A DNA stretch of 64,000 nucleotides from Zygnema circumcarinatum SAG 698-1b (Eukaryota; Plantae; Zygnematophyceae). Where the stretch lies: contig CM074814.1 in assembly GCA_037447605.1 (NCBI GenBank), positions 310,001 to 374,000 of the forward strand. Direction: 5' to 3'. Under the pieces are notes generated by a model that saw only the letters and a list, made by a program, of their open reading frames with translations, searched no databases and was not told where the DNA came from. The translations under genes and the position numbers were made by a program. Below are positions 47,352 to 58,583 of the stretch, piece after piece (position 1 is the first letter of the stretch; each line of letters begins with the position of its first letter).

Positions 47352-49486
47352 TTAAAACTCAAATTTCATCGTTTTCTGAAACTTGCATATTCCATTTTTC
47401 TTCGCTCTACCTATCACTTCGATCACGCTCCTTCCAAAGAACATTTCCACTTCGATTTCTCGGTTATCCAAAATATTGTAGTTCTTTGGTAGCTGCAGAA
47501 CGAATTTGCCCTCCTCTTGTACACCTTCATCAGTGACGTACTTCGGGGAACTTTCGGTTGTACTATACAAAACAATTTCTGAATGTCCTTGATTAGCAAG
47601 TTCTGGCACAAACAAAACATGCTTGAAACTTTCGTCTTCTTTTACTTTCTGATGAACTTCCACGAAACGTACGAAAATATCGTCGCACACAGGCAGAAAA
47701 AATGGCGGAAAAGGACGGGGTATGATGCTGAGCTTATCCTCCGGATCGGAGGGCTGAAATATCCTTGAAGCGCTAATTCCGTACGTCTTCTGGAGGCACC
47801 TTGAACCTGGTCGCAATTCAGGTCTAAGTGCATATAACGCGGCACCGACACAGACTGCACCGCCGGGATTGGGCGGCCGCAGGACTTTAAGCTCCTGAAA
47901 CAGTTCCTTCATGCGGTTAAAAAGATATTCTGACGAGGAAAAGCCGCCGACTGCAACAACGTGTTGCACTTTCGGGGCAGCTTCAAGCTGATGGGCAATA
48001 AGGTTCAAAATTTTCTCCACCACGGGATCGAAAAACCCTCTCACTTCATCAGGCGAAATTTTAATCTCATCGAAACTGCATGGAGGATTCTCGTTCTTAA
48101 AGTCGTAGTGGGTCCAATCATCGGCAAGTTCAGATGGTATTGAAATCAGACAGACTTCCCTTGAAGACGTGCTGTTGTATACATCAAAAACTGGAAGTCA
48201 GGAAATTTTTGATAGATCTCACTTATCATCATTTAGCTATGGCATCTTGACTATTGGCAGTGCCCCAAATCAATCGCCGACACAACTGAGTAGACTGTAA
48301 GAAAAGAGAAATAACCAACTAATTTCAATGTCAATTAAATTACAGCAGAAAAAGCGCCACTCGGATGCAAACGTTATCTCTCTTCTTAAAGGAAAGAACG
48401 TGCTTACTCGAAATTGCATTTATAATCCTCCCACTGTCGTAAAAGCGCAATCTCTGTAGTTGGATACGATTCAATAAACTTTGTCCAGCAGCCAATCTTT
48501 GACTTCACATGTTCCAAGAAATTGCTGTCAACATCAATACTCCCACACAACTCCCCAATGCTTCTTATCACCTCCCTCGTCCTCCCTCCCTCCTGCAACT
48601 CCTGCACAACGATATCAACTGTACCCCCCCCCGCATCAACCACTAGGAACTGGTCGCCCTCAGAAAGATGGAAATCTTTGTCTTCTTGGCAGTATATGGA
48701 GGCAGCTTCAGGCTCAAGTACAATATGGAGTGGAAAAGGACTTCCCCTTCCTGAGTTGCAGCCTTCCTCCTGAACAAGTCCAGCATCGTTTACGATTTTT
48801 CTCATTCTCTGCTTCGCTTTATCGTCCCACATTGCTGGAACTGTCACGGCCCACTCAATATCTGAATTTGTAATGTGTTTGCCATATTGTTGCTTCACGT
48901 CTTTGAGGACAAATTCTCCAAGAAACTTCAAGTAGTCTGATATCGCTTTATCTACCGAAAGCCCATCAGGAAGGTCCGGAATCTTCGACTTGTCGCTCTC
49001 CCGCGGTGCCAAATGCAGCTTGAAAAGCTTCACGAGGTATAACTTTCCAGCTGTAGAATTTTCCAATTTCTCACTTTCATACGGACTTTCTACAGAACCT
49101 TTCTTCTTCTTGACCCGCTCAACCGCCGCAAAATAGCGAAGAACTGCAGGCCACCCCCAGTCCCTTGCCACGTACTCTCCTGTCTCACTTTTTTCGTATA
49201 GAATCACCGTTGCCGTTTTACAATACGGCTTTTTCAGAAATTCACCTTGTCCTAGCCAATCTTCAAACATCCACCATTTTTCAGGCTGGCTTTTTGATAT
49301 ATAGGTGAACCCTGAGAAGGTCGTCCCGAAATCGAGACCAACAACAACGCGGGATTCGTTGAACGAGGAAACTTCTGCTGATGTCGAACCCCTTTCACTC
49401 TCTCCCCCTGCTCCTCTATTGCCTCCCGGTTTTCCTCCAACTTTGCCCTTACCCTTCCCCTTCCCTTTAAGTTTATATTTCCCCAT
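47352..49486 (-). CDS. Atypical Hsp70 (HSPA12-type), copy 2; exons 49486-48408 and 48171-47352; about 632 aa
   Basis: GLDFGTTFSGF, AVTVPAMW, LEPEAAS, VVDAGGGTVD and VGGFS motifs. Phase-2 intron in the same position as in copy 1; exon 2 starts align (GPNYNNECRIEIP vs DTSSREVCLISIP). Confidence 0.88.
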
Positions 49487-49672
49487 CTCCCCCTTCCTTT
49501 TGGTCTAAGAAAAAGTGACTCCCTCCTTTCCTCTTGCGTTCTCCCCCTCTCTGTGCTTCTCTCACACCTTTGCACTCTGCCTCTCTCACTCCCTCCCACT
49601 CCCCCGGAAGCTACTATGACCCGGAATGAAGGCTGGCTCGCCTCCTCTGCAGTGAGAACAAGGTGAATGGTG

Positions 49673-50031
49673 ATTGGTCGATTTCATCTTTGCTTAAAAA
49701 ATGCGAAGGCATCGGCGGCAGTTCAGGGCTGCATGCACATACGCAAGCAACAGAAATTTCACGAACTTGAGGTTCCTGCAGCCGCCGATGGCCTTTTGCT
49801 CGTGCGAAGCAAACAGCGGCCAATGGGAGCCGCATGATGAGAATTGGCGGAGAAGTGGCGGAGATTTTACGCCTTTTCGTTTGGAGGACAACTCTATAGG
49901 TAACCAGGAGCTATATTTTTCTGTTAAGGAAAGGTGACGTGATGAAGCGGAAAGCAGCCAATAGGAAACCCATGCAGAGAAGAGCATGCATGCGCCGCCG
50001 TAGTAATGGCGGACTCCAACTGAGCCATTGG
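49673..50031. promoter_or_regulatory. Putative bidirectional promoter between the Hsp70 and GrpE-like copy 4
   Basis: CCAAT/ATTGG at 49673, 49820, 49958 and 50027; TGACGTGA at about 49935. About 850 bp between the opposed ATGs. Confidence 0.5.
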
Positions 50032-50339
50032 CGGGGAAAGCCATCTAGGACTACATGACCTCCTCTTTCATCGCTTTTTTATATTCTACGCTTTAAAGAA
50101 GGCTTTCCTTGTGAAGGGCTTTTCTTGGAAGGTTCTCCTCCTGCTCAGTGGGAAGCAAGTTTACGATTTTTTTTTTTTTGAAACAGCCTATCATCCTTCG
50201 CCTGCTTTCCTTTCTAAGGTTCTTGAATGGTTGGCCTATTCTTGGAAAGCTCCTGCACTACCTCGCTTGCAGGAACAGATCATTCCTCTTTCTCTTAGTC
50301 ATTTTTTTAGCAGAAAGCGAGAAAAGGATTATCGACGCC

Positions 50340-51770
50340 ATGGCAAAAACAATTTTCAGCAAAATTTTCCTTCCTTTTTCTCCTCCAAAGACAGAAAAAT
50401 CTTCCCAAAACAACGACCAGCCGCAGCAGAGTTCCACCAAAGCGCAGGATTTTTGTCACAGTGAGGGTTCACCTTCAACCGTGAATCCAACCGAGGGTTC
50501 ATCTGCAAATGAGCAGCAGAACCAAGCTCCCAGTTGCGAGGAATCCATGGACAGAAAATCGCCGGAGATTCAAGATTTAAAACAAAAGGGATGTGGAATG
50601 GGTGTAATATGTGGAAAGAGTTTGGTGGATGGTTTCCAAAGAAGAGGAAAAATCAAGGCAGGAAGTAAAAGAGAGAAAGAGATTGCTGCTGCAAATGACA
50701 GAATTCGGATAGAGAATGAAAACTTGACTTGCTCACAGCTACAGAAGCAGGTTGAGGAACAGGAGGAGATGCTGCTGAAACTCGGAAATCACATGAAGGA
50801 GAAAGAAACAAGAGTTCAGATTCTCCGTAAAGAGAAACGTGATCTCAAACGAGAGCAGGAAGAAGCGAGAAAGAAAATCAAGAGGATTTTGGAGTTGAAG
50901 GGAAGTGAAACAGAGGAAGACAAGGCAGACTTGTGTGCAGAAGTAGAAAAGTTAAAAAGTGAGAGAGACTTTGCCCTTTCAAAACTCACCGTACTTGAAA
51001 ACGATGTCGCTTCCAGGGACACTCTTAGTGGTTCTTATGACATCCTTCTCGCACATCCCGAAGACCTCCACGTGGCGATGGCAAAAATCGACACATTTCT
51101 GAAGTCTTTTAGTTTAGAGTTGCGAGAGAAGCTCATATTAAATTTCAAAGGAGATTTGTGGCAGCTCCTTGAAAGGCTTGCAAAGGGAGCAGAGTTTGTT
51201 CGTCCTGCACACGCCAATTATGCGCTGCATGCAGCAATTTCTGCAGTAATGTTTGCGAATTTTGAAAACGAATGTTTTCTTCCTGCGGGGCCGACATTAT
51301 ACGTTGATGCGAAGGAGCGCAGCAGTGAAAGTTTCAGGATCTTCACGGAGCTTAAGACAGAAGAAGGATGGAACGATGCAAAGACAAAGGTTCAATTTTT
51401 TGAGTTTCTTGAAAGCAAACGCAGTGGTTTGATTCAAGTATTGACGAGTGCAAACGGTTTAGGGCTTCAGGCTAGCCCAGAAGAAGTTGTGGGAGAATTC
51501 GGAGTTCAGAGAGAGAATCTCAAACTAGTGTCTCTTTGTAAGGCAGTATGGTCACTTCACAAGTTGGCGATGAGCTTCAATCCACCTGCTTCCATATTTA
51601 GGGTTTCTAGAGGAGTTGAATTTGATCCTGCACAGATGAGTTGGGTTCCTGTCATCGACTCATGCGAAAATGAAACTCTAAAGAGAGTGGCCTTCTGCGT
51701 CAATCCGGGATTTCGTGTCAGGAAATCGGTGATTCCAGCTTCAGTATATCCGGAGATTGCTAAGATTTGA
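50340..51770 (+). CDS. Coiled-coil + GIL1/IRKI-type (GrpE-like) C-terminal protein, copy 4, about 476 aa from the first in-frame ATG
   Basis: SGSYDILLAHPEDL, FANFENECF, VWSLHKLAMSFNPPASIFRVSRGVEFDPAQM...VAFCVNPGFRVRKSVIPASVYP. Confidence 0.8.
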   Translation: MAKTIFSKIFLPFSPPKTEKSSQNNDQPQQSSTKAQDFCHSEGSPSTVNPTEGSSANEQQNQAPSCEESMDRKSPEIQDLKQKGCGMGVICGKSLVDGFQRRGKIKAGSKREKEIAAANDRIRIENENLTCSQLQKQVEEQEEMLLKLGNHMKEKETRVQILRKEKRDLKREQEEARKKIKRILELKGSETEEDKADLCAEVEKLKSERDFALSKLTVLENDVASRDTLSGSYDILLAHPEDLHVAMAKIDTFLKSFSLELREKLILNFKGDLWQLLERLAKGAEFVRPAHANYALHAAISAVMFANFENECFLPAGPTLYVDAKERSSESFRIFTELKTEEGWNDAKTKVQFFEFLESKRSGLIQVLTSANGLGLQASPEEVVGEFGVQRENLKLVSLCKAVWSLHKLAMSFNPPASIFRVSRGVEFDPAQMSWVPVIDSCENETLKRVAFCVNPGFRVRKSVIPASVYPEIAKI

Positions 51771-53247
51771 AGCTGGTAGAGGCATCTCTTGCAGAGGGTC
51801 AAAACTGTGGGCTCTGAGGGTCATTCAACAGAGTAGGCATCACTTTTTGTGCGGACTGAGAAAGAGACTGAGGAATTTGTGCTTTTGGTTTTGACCCAGG
51901 AAGGACTAATCGATCTTCCAAACTACTTTTGAAAACTGAAAGGACAGAGAAGACGAGCAACATAGCGTCCTATGCTGTTGCCCATAATTCCTTTGAGTGA
52001 AGCCTTTTCTTTCTGCTTTTGCGTGTTGTCTGCTGCATTTGTGCTTTTGCCAATGATGACCACCTGGCTGTTTGTGAAAGACTTTTTCCTTTATACATGT
52101 CACAGTAGCTGCGAGCGTTCAGCTCCAAGGTAAGGATAGTTACGCAACCAATGTTCTTTCTACGGGTAATCAAAATTCTGGATTGCAGTATGAGTGAATT
52201 TATCTGAGACAACCCCAACAAGACTTCGCCTGCTTCGTCTTCTTCGCATAAATGCATGAAGTTAATCCTCTCTATTGTTCCAATCGCGACGAGTCACGTG
52301 GACACTGATGCGTATGTGGCGAGTCGCCATTGGCTGATTGCTCGAGTCTTGTTCGCAAGTTTGAGGAAGCCCCCCACCCCCCCGCTTCCCCCCCCCCCTT
52401 CTCCACCCACCCCATTTTTCCCCTTCTCTCCCCCACCTCTCCTCCCCAACCTCTTCCCCACCCCCCCCCTCTCTCTCCCCGGCCACTCTTCCTCCCTCCC
52501 TCTCCCCCCTCCCTCTCTCCTCGCCCTCTCCTCCCCCCTCCTCTCCACCCCCCCCGCCCCCTCTCTCCCCGCCCCCTCTTCCCCCCCCCNNNNNNNNNNT
52601 CTCTCTCCACTCCTCTTCCCCCCCCCCCTCTCTCCCCCCACCTGGAAAGAGAGAGATTTTGGCCACCTTCTTTTTTCTTGAGGGACTTGGAAGGCGCGCA
52701 GCGGTTCGGACATGGCATGACAAATGGCGGAGGGCATGTGAGGGCGGATGGGACCCTTCCCTCTTGAAGGGAACTTCCCTCCATTTGGTCCTTCGCTTTC
52801 CTCTCTCCATTCGTGCTTGCACTCTCCCCCGCCTCCACTTCAAGACCTTTCCATGGTCAAACTTGCCTCATTGCTGGAAGGATGAATCTCCAAGGTTGGA
52901 AACCGAGTCAAAAAAAATTGCTTTTTCCTTTTTCATTTTAAGCCTCCCAAACAAAGTTCTTCAATTTTCAAATCTTTAACGGTCAAATAGCGTACAAGGA
53001 ACCATTCTGGCCATAACAAATTCTACATCCTTTTGGTAATAATTTTGTTTTTTTTTAATTTTCAGCCAAAAGGAAAGCTCATCAGCATCCCTGGTGCAAA
53101 CATGCAAGCATGGTGCAGCCCAAGGGCTGCTAGAAAGGCCGTTCCATGTGTAGCAAGCAGGGGACGATACTGACGGACATAGACTAGACGTTGGCGCCGT
53201 TACAGTTCAGTTATGCTGGATCTGAGTGTTCGATGGAGCCTTCCTCG

Positions 53248-53400
53248 ACCGCTGGATGCGCGAACTCTTGACTGTTAGATACAGACAACAGTGGCCGTTG
53301 GATGCAGCCAGCAATAGCCGTCGGATTTCGACCGCCACGACCGTTGGATGCAAGCCGATATGACCGTTAGATACGGCCAAGTTTTTTTGCTCGTTGGATA
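53248..53400. promoter_or_regulatory. Cluster of MSA-like (CCGTTRGA) motifs
   Basis: TGGCCGTTGGA, CGACCGTTGGA and TGACCGTTAGA, plus variants GACCGCTGGA, GACTGTTAGA and CTCGTTGGA, within about 150 bp. Confidence 0.45.
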
Positions 53401-54024
53401 GGAGCACCCTCTACCGCTAATAGAGCAGCCTAACTGCACTTCGGCTCATGGCTCCTCATTTGTGGTGTGCATTCATGCTTTTATTATTCACACAGCAAGA
53501 TCAATTATTATTCGGATCCGTTTAAAACTAATCCCCGTTCAGACGGTATAAAATCAGCAAAAAGTAAAGTTAGTAAAGTACCAGATTTGGATAACAGCAT
53601 TGTTCGCTAGACAACAAGTATCGCACGTGCGAGGACGAATCGGCCGCAGGCTAAAAGGTGGCACTTTTTATCTAGTGTCATTCTAGTGAGGGAGGGAGGG
53701 GTGAGAGATAGAGGTAGGAGGGTAGGGAGGGAGGTCAGAGGTGTGGAGTTAAGAGCTTCATCGCTTATATATCTGCGTGAGTGTCACCAGCCCTCTCCCT
53801 CCCTCTCGCTCTCTCTCTCCCACACTCTTTCTCTCTCTCTCTATCTCGCTCCCTCTGACGGAATACTGTGTGAGTTGCAGTCAAAAGTTTCGAAATAAGA
53901 ATAAATCGAACAGGCACATAAAGACACGTAAAATCAAGTACTTAAAATAGAAAAATTCCTGCTAATAAATTTCTCTCATTGCTTCTTGCAGCTTTCCAAG
54001 TAAATTCGTTCCCTTCGCGCATCC

Positions 54025-55565
54025 ATGGCCACTCCTGCATCGCCATGGACCTCTTTCCGCCAATCGGCAGAACTTCACGACGTGCGCGTTCTCGTCGACA
54101 GCCAATGCTTTTTGCTTCATCGCTTCCCTTTGTTCTCACGGAGCAAAAAATTGAAGGAAGACCTTTATTTTCAGAAGGCGGCAGCCATGGCGGAGCTGCA
54201 GCTGGAGCACCTTCCAGGCGGTGCGGATGCGTTCCACACCGTTGCTGATTACTGTTACGGAATCCCCCCAAGTTTCACGGCGACCTCGGCTGCTCACACT
54301 CTAATGGCTGCTCTGCAGTTGGAGATGACGGACGAATATTCTCCTCCAAAGAATTTGGTGGATGTTTGTACTGCATTTCTGCAGGCGGAAGTATATAATG
54401 ACTGGCAGGCCTGCCTGCTGGTGCTCAGGGATTCTGTGGTGAGGGAATACAAGCACTCCCTTGGGAAGGAGATCGTTTCCGCTTGCAATAAGACGATTTC
54501 AGGTGAGTTTTGCTTTTTTCTGGCAGTCTTGATTAAAATTTTAACCTACTATCATGCATTTCCTGTGCTAAATTTTCGTTTCTCATGCTTCCATCTCTAA
54601 GCACTAATTGACCTTAAAGATCACATGCCGTAGACATATGCTGATATTCTCTTTTCTTATTTACTTGTGAATCACCCGAATGTTTGCGAGGCTGAATTGC
54701 AGAATATGCGGCATCCATCGACAAGCTCGACGATCCAACGGAGCGAGTTTCGAAGTCATGGAACCTCTTAAACAAGGTTGTGGCGCTACCGTTGGAGGCT
54801 CTTGAGGAACTTTTGAGTGCGTTTGAGGAACATGAAGTCACGTTCATTGGAGCAGGAAACTCCCTCTCGTCTACGGGAAAGGAATGGATGTTTGTACCGG
54901 CGGTAGACGATCCAGATCTCACAATGTTTTCAGACTTGCAAATTTCTCCGGCCGAGGGGAGAAAGCAGCTTCAAGCACTTTTGGGTTACCTTGTGAAGAT
55001 GCTCAGTACGCCCACAAGTGTGGCAAAGGAAGGTTGTGGACCCACTCTTCATCCTAATCCTTCATACCTTGTAACTTTATTGAGGCACAGCCAACTCAAG
55101 GACTCGAAATTGACATTAGAGTTGTACCGCCGTGTCTCAAAGGTGCTTCCTATAACCAATTTTGAGGACCTGAAATCGTTAGATCAGGAAACTGTCTGCA
55201 CTCTCTTCACTCTCTATTCGAATGAGATTCAAGCTGATGAAGCAGAAGCTTCCGAGGACTTGATCGCAGCTGCAAAGCTTGCTGATTCTTACCTTCTTTG
55301 GGCCGTACAAGAGGTTGAGAGCTTCACTCTGGATGATCTTCACATAATGTGTGAAACTCTACCCAAGTTTGCACGATTACGTTGCGATGATTTATATAAG
55401 GCTATTGACACGTTTTTGACGAAGAACTCTAAAGTGAGCCAAGAGGATCGTGTGAGGCTTTGTGATAATCTCGTGGGAGACAATCCGAAGATTCTCAAGC
55501 TCTCTGAAGAGATGATATTGCATGCATTGGAGGAGGGAAGAGTTCCGACCGAGGGGAAGTTGTAG
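54025..55565 (+). pseudogene. BTB-NPH3 type B (inverted paralogue of the fusion gene's N-terminal half), truncated by an LTR insertion; exons 54025-54502 and 54703-55565
   Basis: Co-linear with 42559-41030 up to PTEGK. The sequence switches to TGTAG... at 55561 and a stop follows at once. Confidence 0.8.
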
Positions 55566-55810
55566 CGAAACGCTACAGTCACCCACGGGAGGTGTACTTA
55601 GGGCGCACTCCGTCCTAGTACTCTCACCCCGGGCGCGGGCCGAGTGGCCAAGGCGTCGGGGACCACCCAGGACCAGGAAGGGTCCTGGGATCGAACCTTG
55701 CGAAGGTTGCAAGGGTTCGATGCGGCGCGGTATACAGAGACATATATGTACCGCGTCGCCGATGTGGTCGAGGGATCATGGAATCCCGACCACATCGTCC
55801 TTACGTTTTG
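55561..55810 (+). mobile_element. End of an LTR-type insertion (TGTAG terminus), hairpin-rich, with tRNA-like A/B boxes; cut by an N gap
   Basis: Abrupt loss of homology with the paralogue at TG. Same TGTAG terminus as the solo LTR at 34599-35451. The other end is not visible. Confidence 0.55.
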
Positions 55811-55820
55811 NNNNNNNNNN

Positions 55821-58576
55821 GGCAATGTTAGCGAACATGGCCCCAGGTTTTGTTCCCGGACTCTACTTCTACCCGAGAGGCCGAAGTGCGAAGACAGTTC
55901 GGAGGAGCGGCCGAGACACGAGGAAACCAGATCGCTTTTCACCTGGTACCAATCTGATCCAAGAGAGTGCCCTCAGATTCAGCTGACCTTGTGGGAGTTG
56001 CTCACTGCTTCATGATTACCGAGCCACAGACCTTTGAGGAGGCGCACGACGGAGTCGATGGCGATAAGTGGCGGGTTGCGATTGATAGCGAATGGGACAG
56101 CCTGATCAAGAACGGCACGTGGAGATTGGAGGAGCTGCCTCAAGGGAGGCGAGCTATCGGCTGCAAGTGGGTCTTCAAAGTGAAGAGGAAGGCAGACGGA
56201 AGCGTGGATAGGTACAAGGCGCGGTTAGTGGCGAAAGGATACGGCCAGCAATATGGGATTGACTACATGGAGACATTCGCTCCGGTGGTAAAGTTCAATT
56301 CCTTGAGAGCCTTGATTTCCATTGCAGCGGCTGAAGGAATGCACGTCCATCAATTGGACATCAAAGGCGGCATTTCGTATGGTGATCAGCGGAAGAGATT
56401 TACATGGAGCGGTAGGAGGAAGGTCGTCCCGGGGAAGGAGCACCTAGTCTGTCGACTGGTGAAGAGCCTGTACGGCTTGAAGCAGGCGCCGAGAGTGTGG
56501 TACGAAATGATTGACGATCTTTTGAGGAGGAATGACTTTGCTCGGTTTGGGGAGCGGATGAATTCGATTAATGCAGATCAGGAGAGGCGGAGACATCATG
56601 TTCGTTGGGATCCCATGTCGACGATCTGTCATGGTAGGCCTCTCCTTGAAAGAATCGGATCTTTGAAGGGTGCTTCGGGCAAATTTCAAAATGGCTCGGA
56701 TCTGGGAGAAGTAGCATGATGCTCTATTTAGAATCGCGGTGAAGAGGCGGGATGGAGGCTTGTTTACATGTCAAAGTATGCTTGGATGTGCTTGCCGATT
56801 TCGAATGGAGGATGCTAGGCGTGTTCGGCCCATGGAGGTCGGCCTTAGGCTTCGAGAAGGAGATGTCACCTTCGTGGATCACGGAGGCACAAAAGATGTT
56901 GAGATTGCCATACAAATCCCGCGTTGGGAGTCTAATGTGCCCGGTATTGAGCAGCGTCAGGACTTGGCAGCGGTAGGCACCGGCGGCCCGATTCATGGAA
57001 ATCCGGGCCTCGAGCATTGGGGCGTGAAGAGGATTTTCGAGATATGTGAAGGGGCCTTCGGTGGAGTGTCCGGTATGAGGGCCAACGAGTGATTGCTTCC
57101 TCTGAGACCAGTTGGGAGGGAAGTAATACAAATCACGTCCTGCCTTCACGGCACCGTTTCGTTACGAATGGAGGAGGAAGCGTTTCGTGGGGTTGTTCAA
57201 AAGTTCACCGGAGGACTTCGGTGGCGTTGCTCGAGCCGCGGGCGAGTACATGGAGTGCTTGTCATGCTTGAAGGAAGGAGTGTAGTTCATGCAGTTCTTT
57301 GAAAAGAATGCAAGAGGACCAGCGGCCAGATTACCTTGTTTCGCAAACCGATCAATGTCGATTGCCGCGGTGGAAACCATGTTCCACAAAGAGGACCAAA
57401 CACGTTCGGTCGCGGTATTACCGTATGTATGCGAGGAGTTGGTGAGGGCTTGATTGAGGTGAAGTTCGTGAGCACCAAGGCTTGACGCGGACCGTAACAA
57501 AAGAGTTAGTGAGGAAACACACTATTAGTCAGCGGGGGAGGAGTTGATAAGAGTTTTGGGGCCAGCATGAAAACTAGAAGTTCAAAAGAGGGGATTGTTA
57601 GTGTATGATAGTTAGCATGTTTTGTTGGAACATTAGTTTTGTGTTTTGTGTTGTGTGTTCCTTGGCGTGATTGTGCGCCTAAGTTGTGCAGAAGCGGTCT
57701 ACGGACATTTAGTCGGCGGAAGAGTAGCGGTCGAAAGTGACAGTAGCGGCAGCGACAAATCAGAAAGTAGTAAGCGCGGGCAGCGGCTTGTAGGCGGAGT
57801 GAAGATGTGGCGGCAGCGAATCGCGAATCGGAAGTGGCGGCGTCAGCCTGCTGGATTGAGCGATTACGGACTTGGTAGCGATCGCGGCGTCAAAATGTCG
57901 TAGCGATTCATCATTATGCGGGCGGCGTCGGATATGCGGTGGCGTCGCGGCGGCAGCGAGTTTGTAGCGTCATCAATCTTGGAAGCGAGGGTCGGATCCT
58001 CGGCGCCAAGGCGTGGATTAGCTTAGAGGCCGGTAGGATCGGCCGAAGGAAGCGTCACGGGATCATTGTGAGCCGGCGGATCCGGCCGGCCAGGATGAGG
58101 ATGGGGATAGGGCCACTTGCGGTCATTGAAGTCGATGTTGTGACCGTTGTATGGTAGTGTGGATGTTGTGACATAGTATATAGTGTGTTGTTTTTGTATG
58201 GTTGTTATCTTAACTTCTGGATCACCAGCGTAGCTATTGTAGACTCGGCTGTTGCTCGTATTTGCTTAACACTACACACTTGCTGTCTTTGCGGAGTAGA
58301 GTGGGCTTTTGAGTTTATTGGGCTACAGTTGAGGAGGGTCTCTCAATTGTGGTGTTAAGATCATTATTAAGGAGTTTTAGAGCCGAGAGCTTTCTCCTAT
58401 CCTTTTCTCTCTGTTATTCCGTTGTGCATATTCTGAGAGGTTCACTCTGTGAGTAAAATGGGCTATGAGTGAATGTGGGAGTTTGGGAAATGTCATCATC
58501 GATTGGAACGCGAACTCCGATGGAAGGTGATGCGAGTGGAGAAGCTGGCAGCAGTGGAGGAGTCCCTCCACCAACA
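55821..58576 (+). mobile_element. Degraded or error-rich copia element, 3' part (RT, RNaseH remnants, PPT, LTR about 57596-58576)
   Basis: RT motifs in ORF 55967-56719 (KARLVAKGY, YGLKQAPR) with frameshifts. PPT AAAAGAGGGGA then TGTTAG. The LTR ends ...CCACCAACA, the same LTR end seen next to the PBS at 63992-64000. Confidence 0.85.
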
Positions 58577-58583
58577 AGAGGGA

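Noticed and set aside
52770-52800. TSLHLVLR peptide resembling the ubiquitin C-terminus
   Set aside because: Only 7-8 residues match, there is no GG, and the rest of a ubiquitin fold is missing. Coincidence.
55630-55710. Functional tRNA gene
   Set aside because: The acceptor, anticodon and T stems do not pair properly. It is kept only as a tRNA-derived promoter-like sequence.
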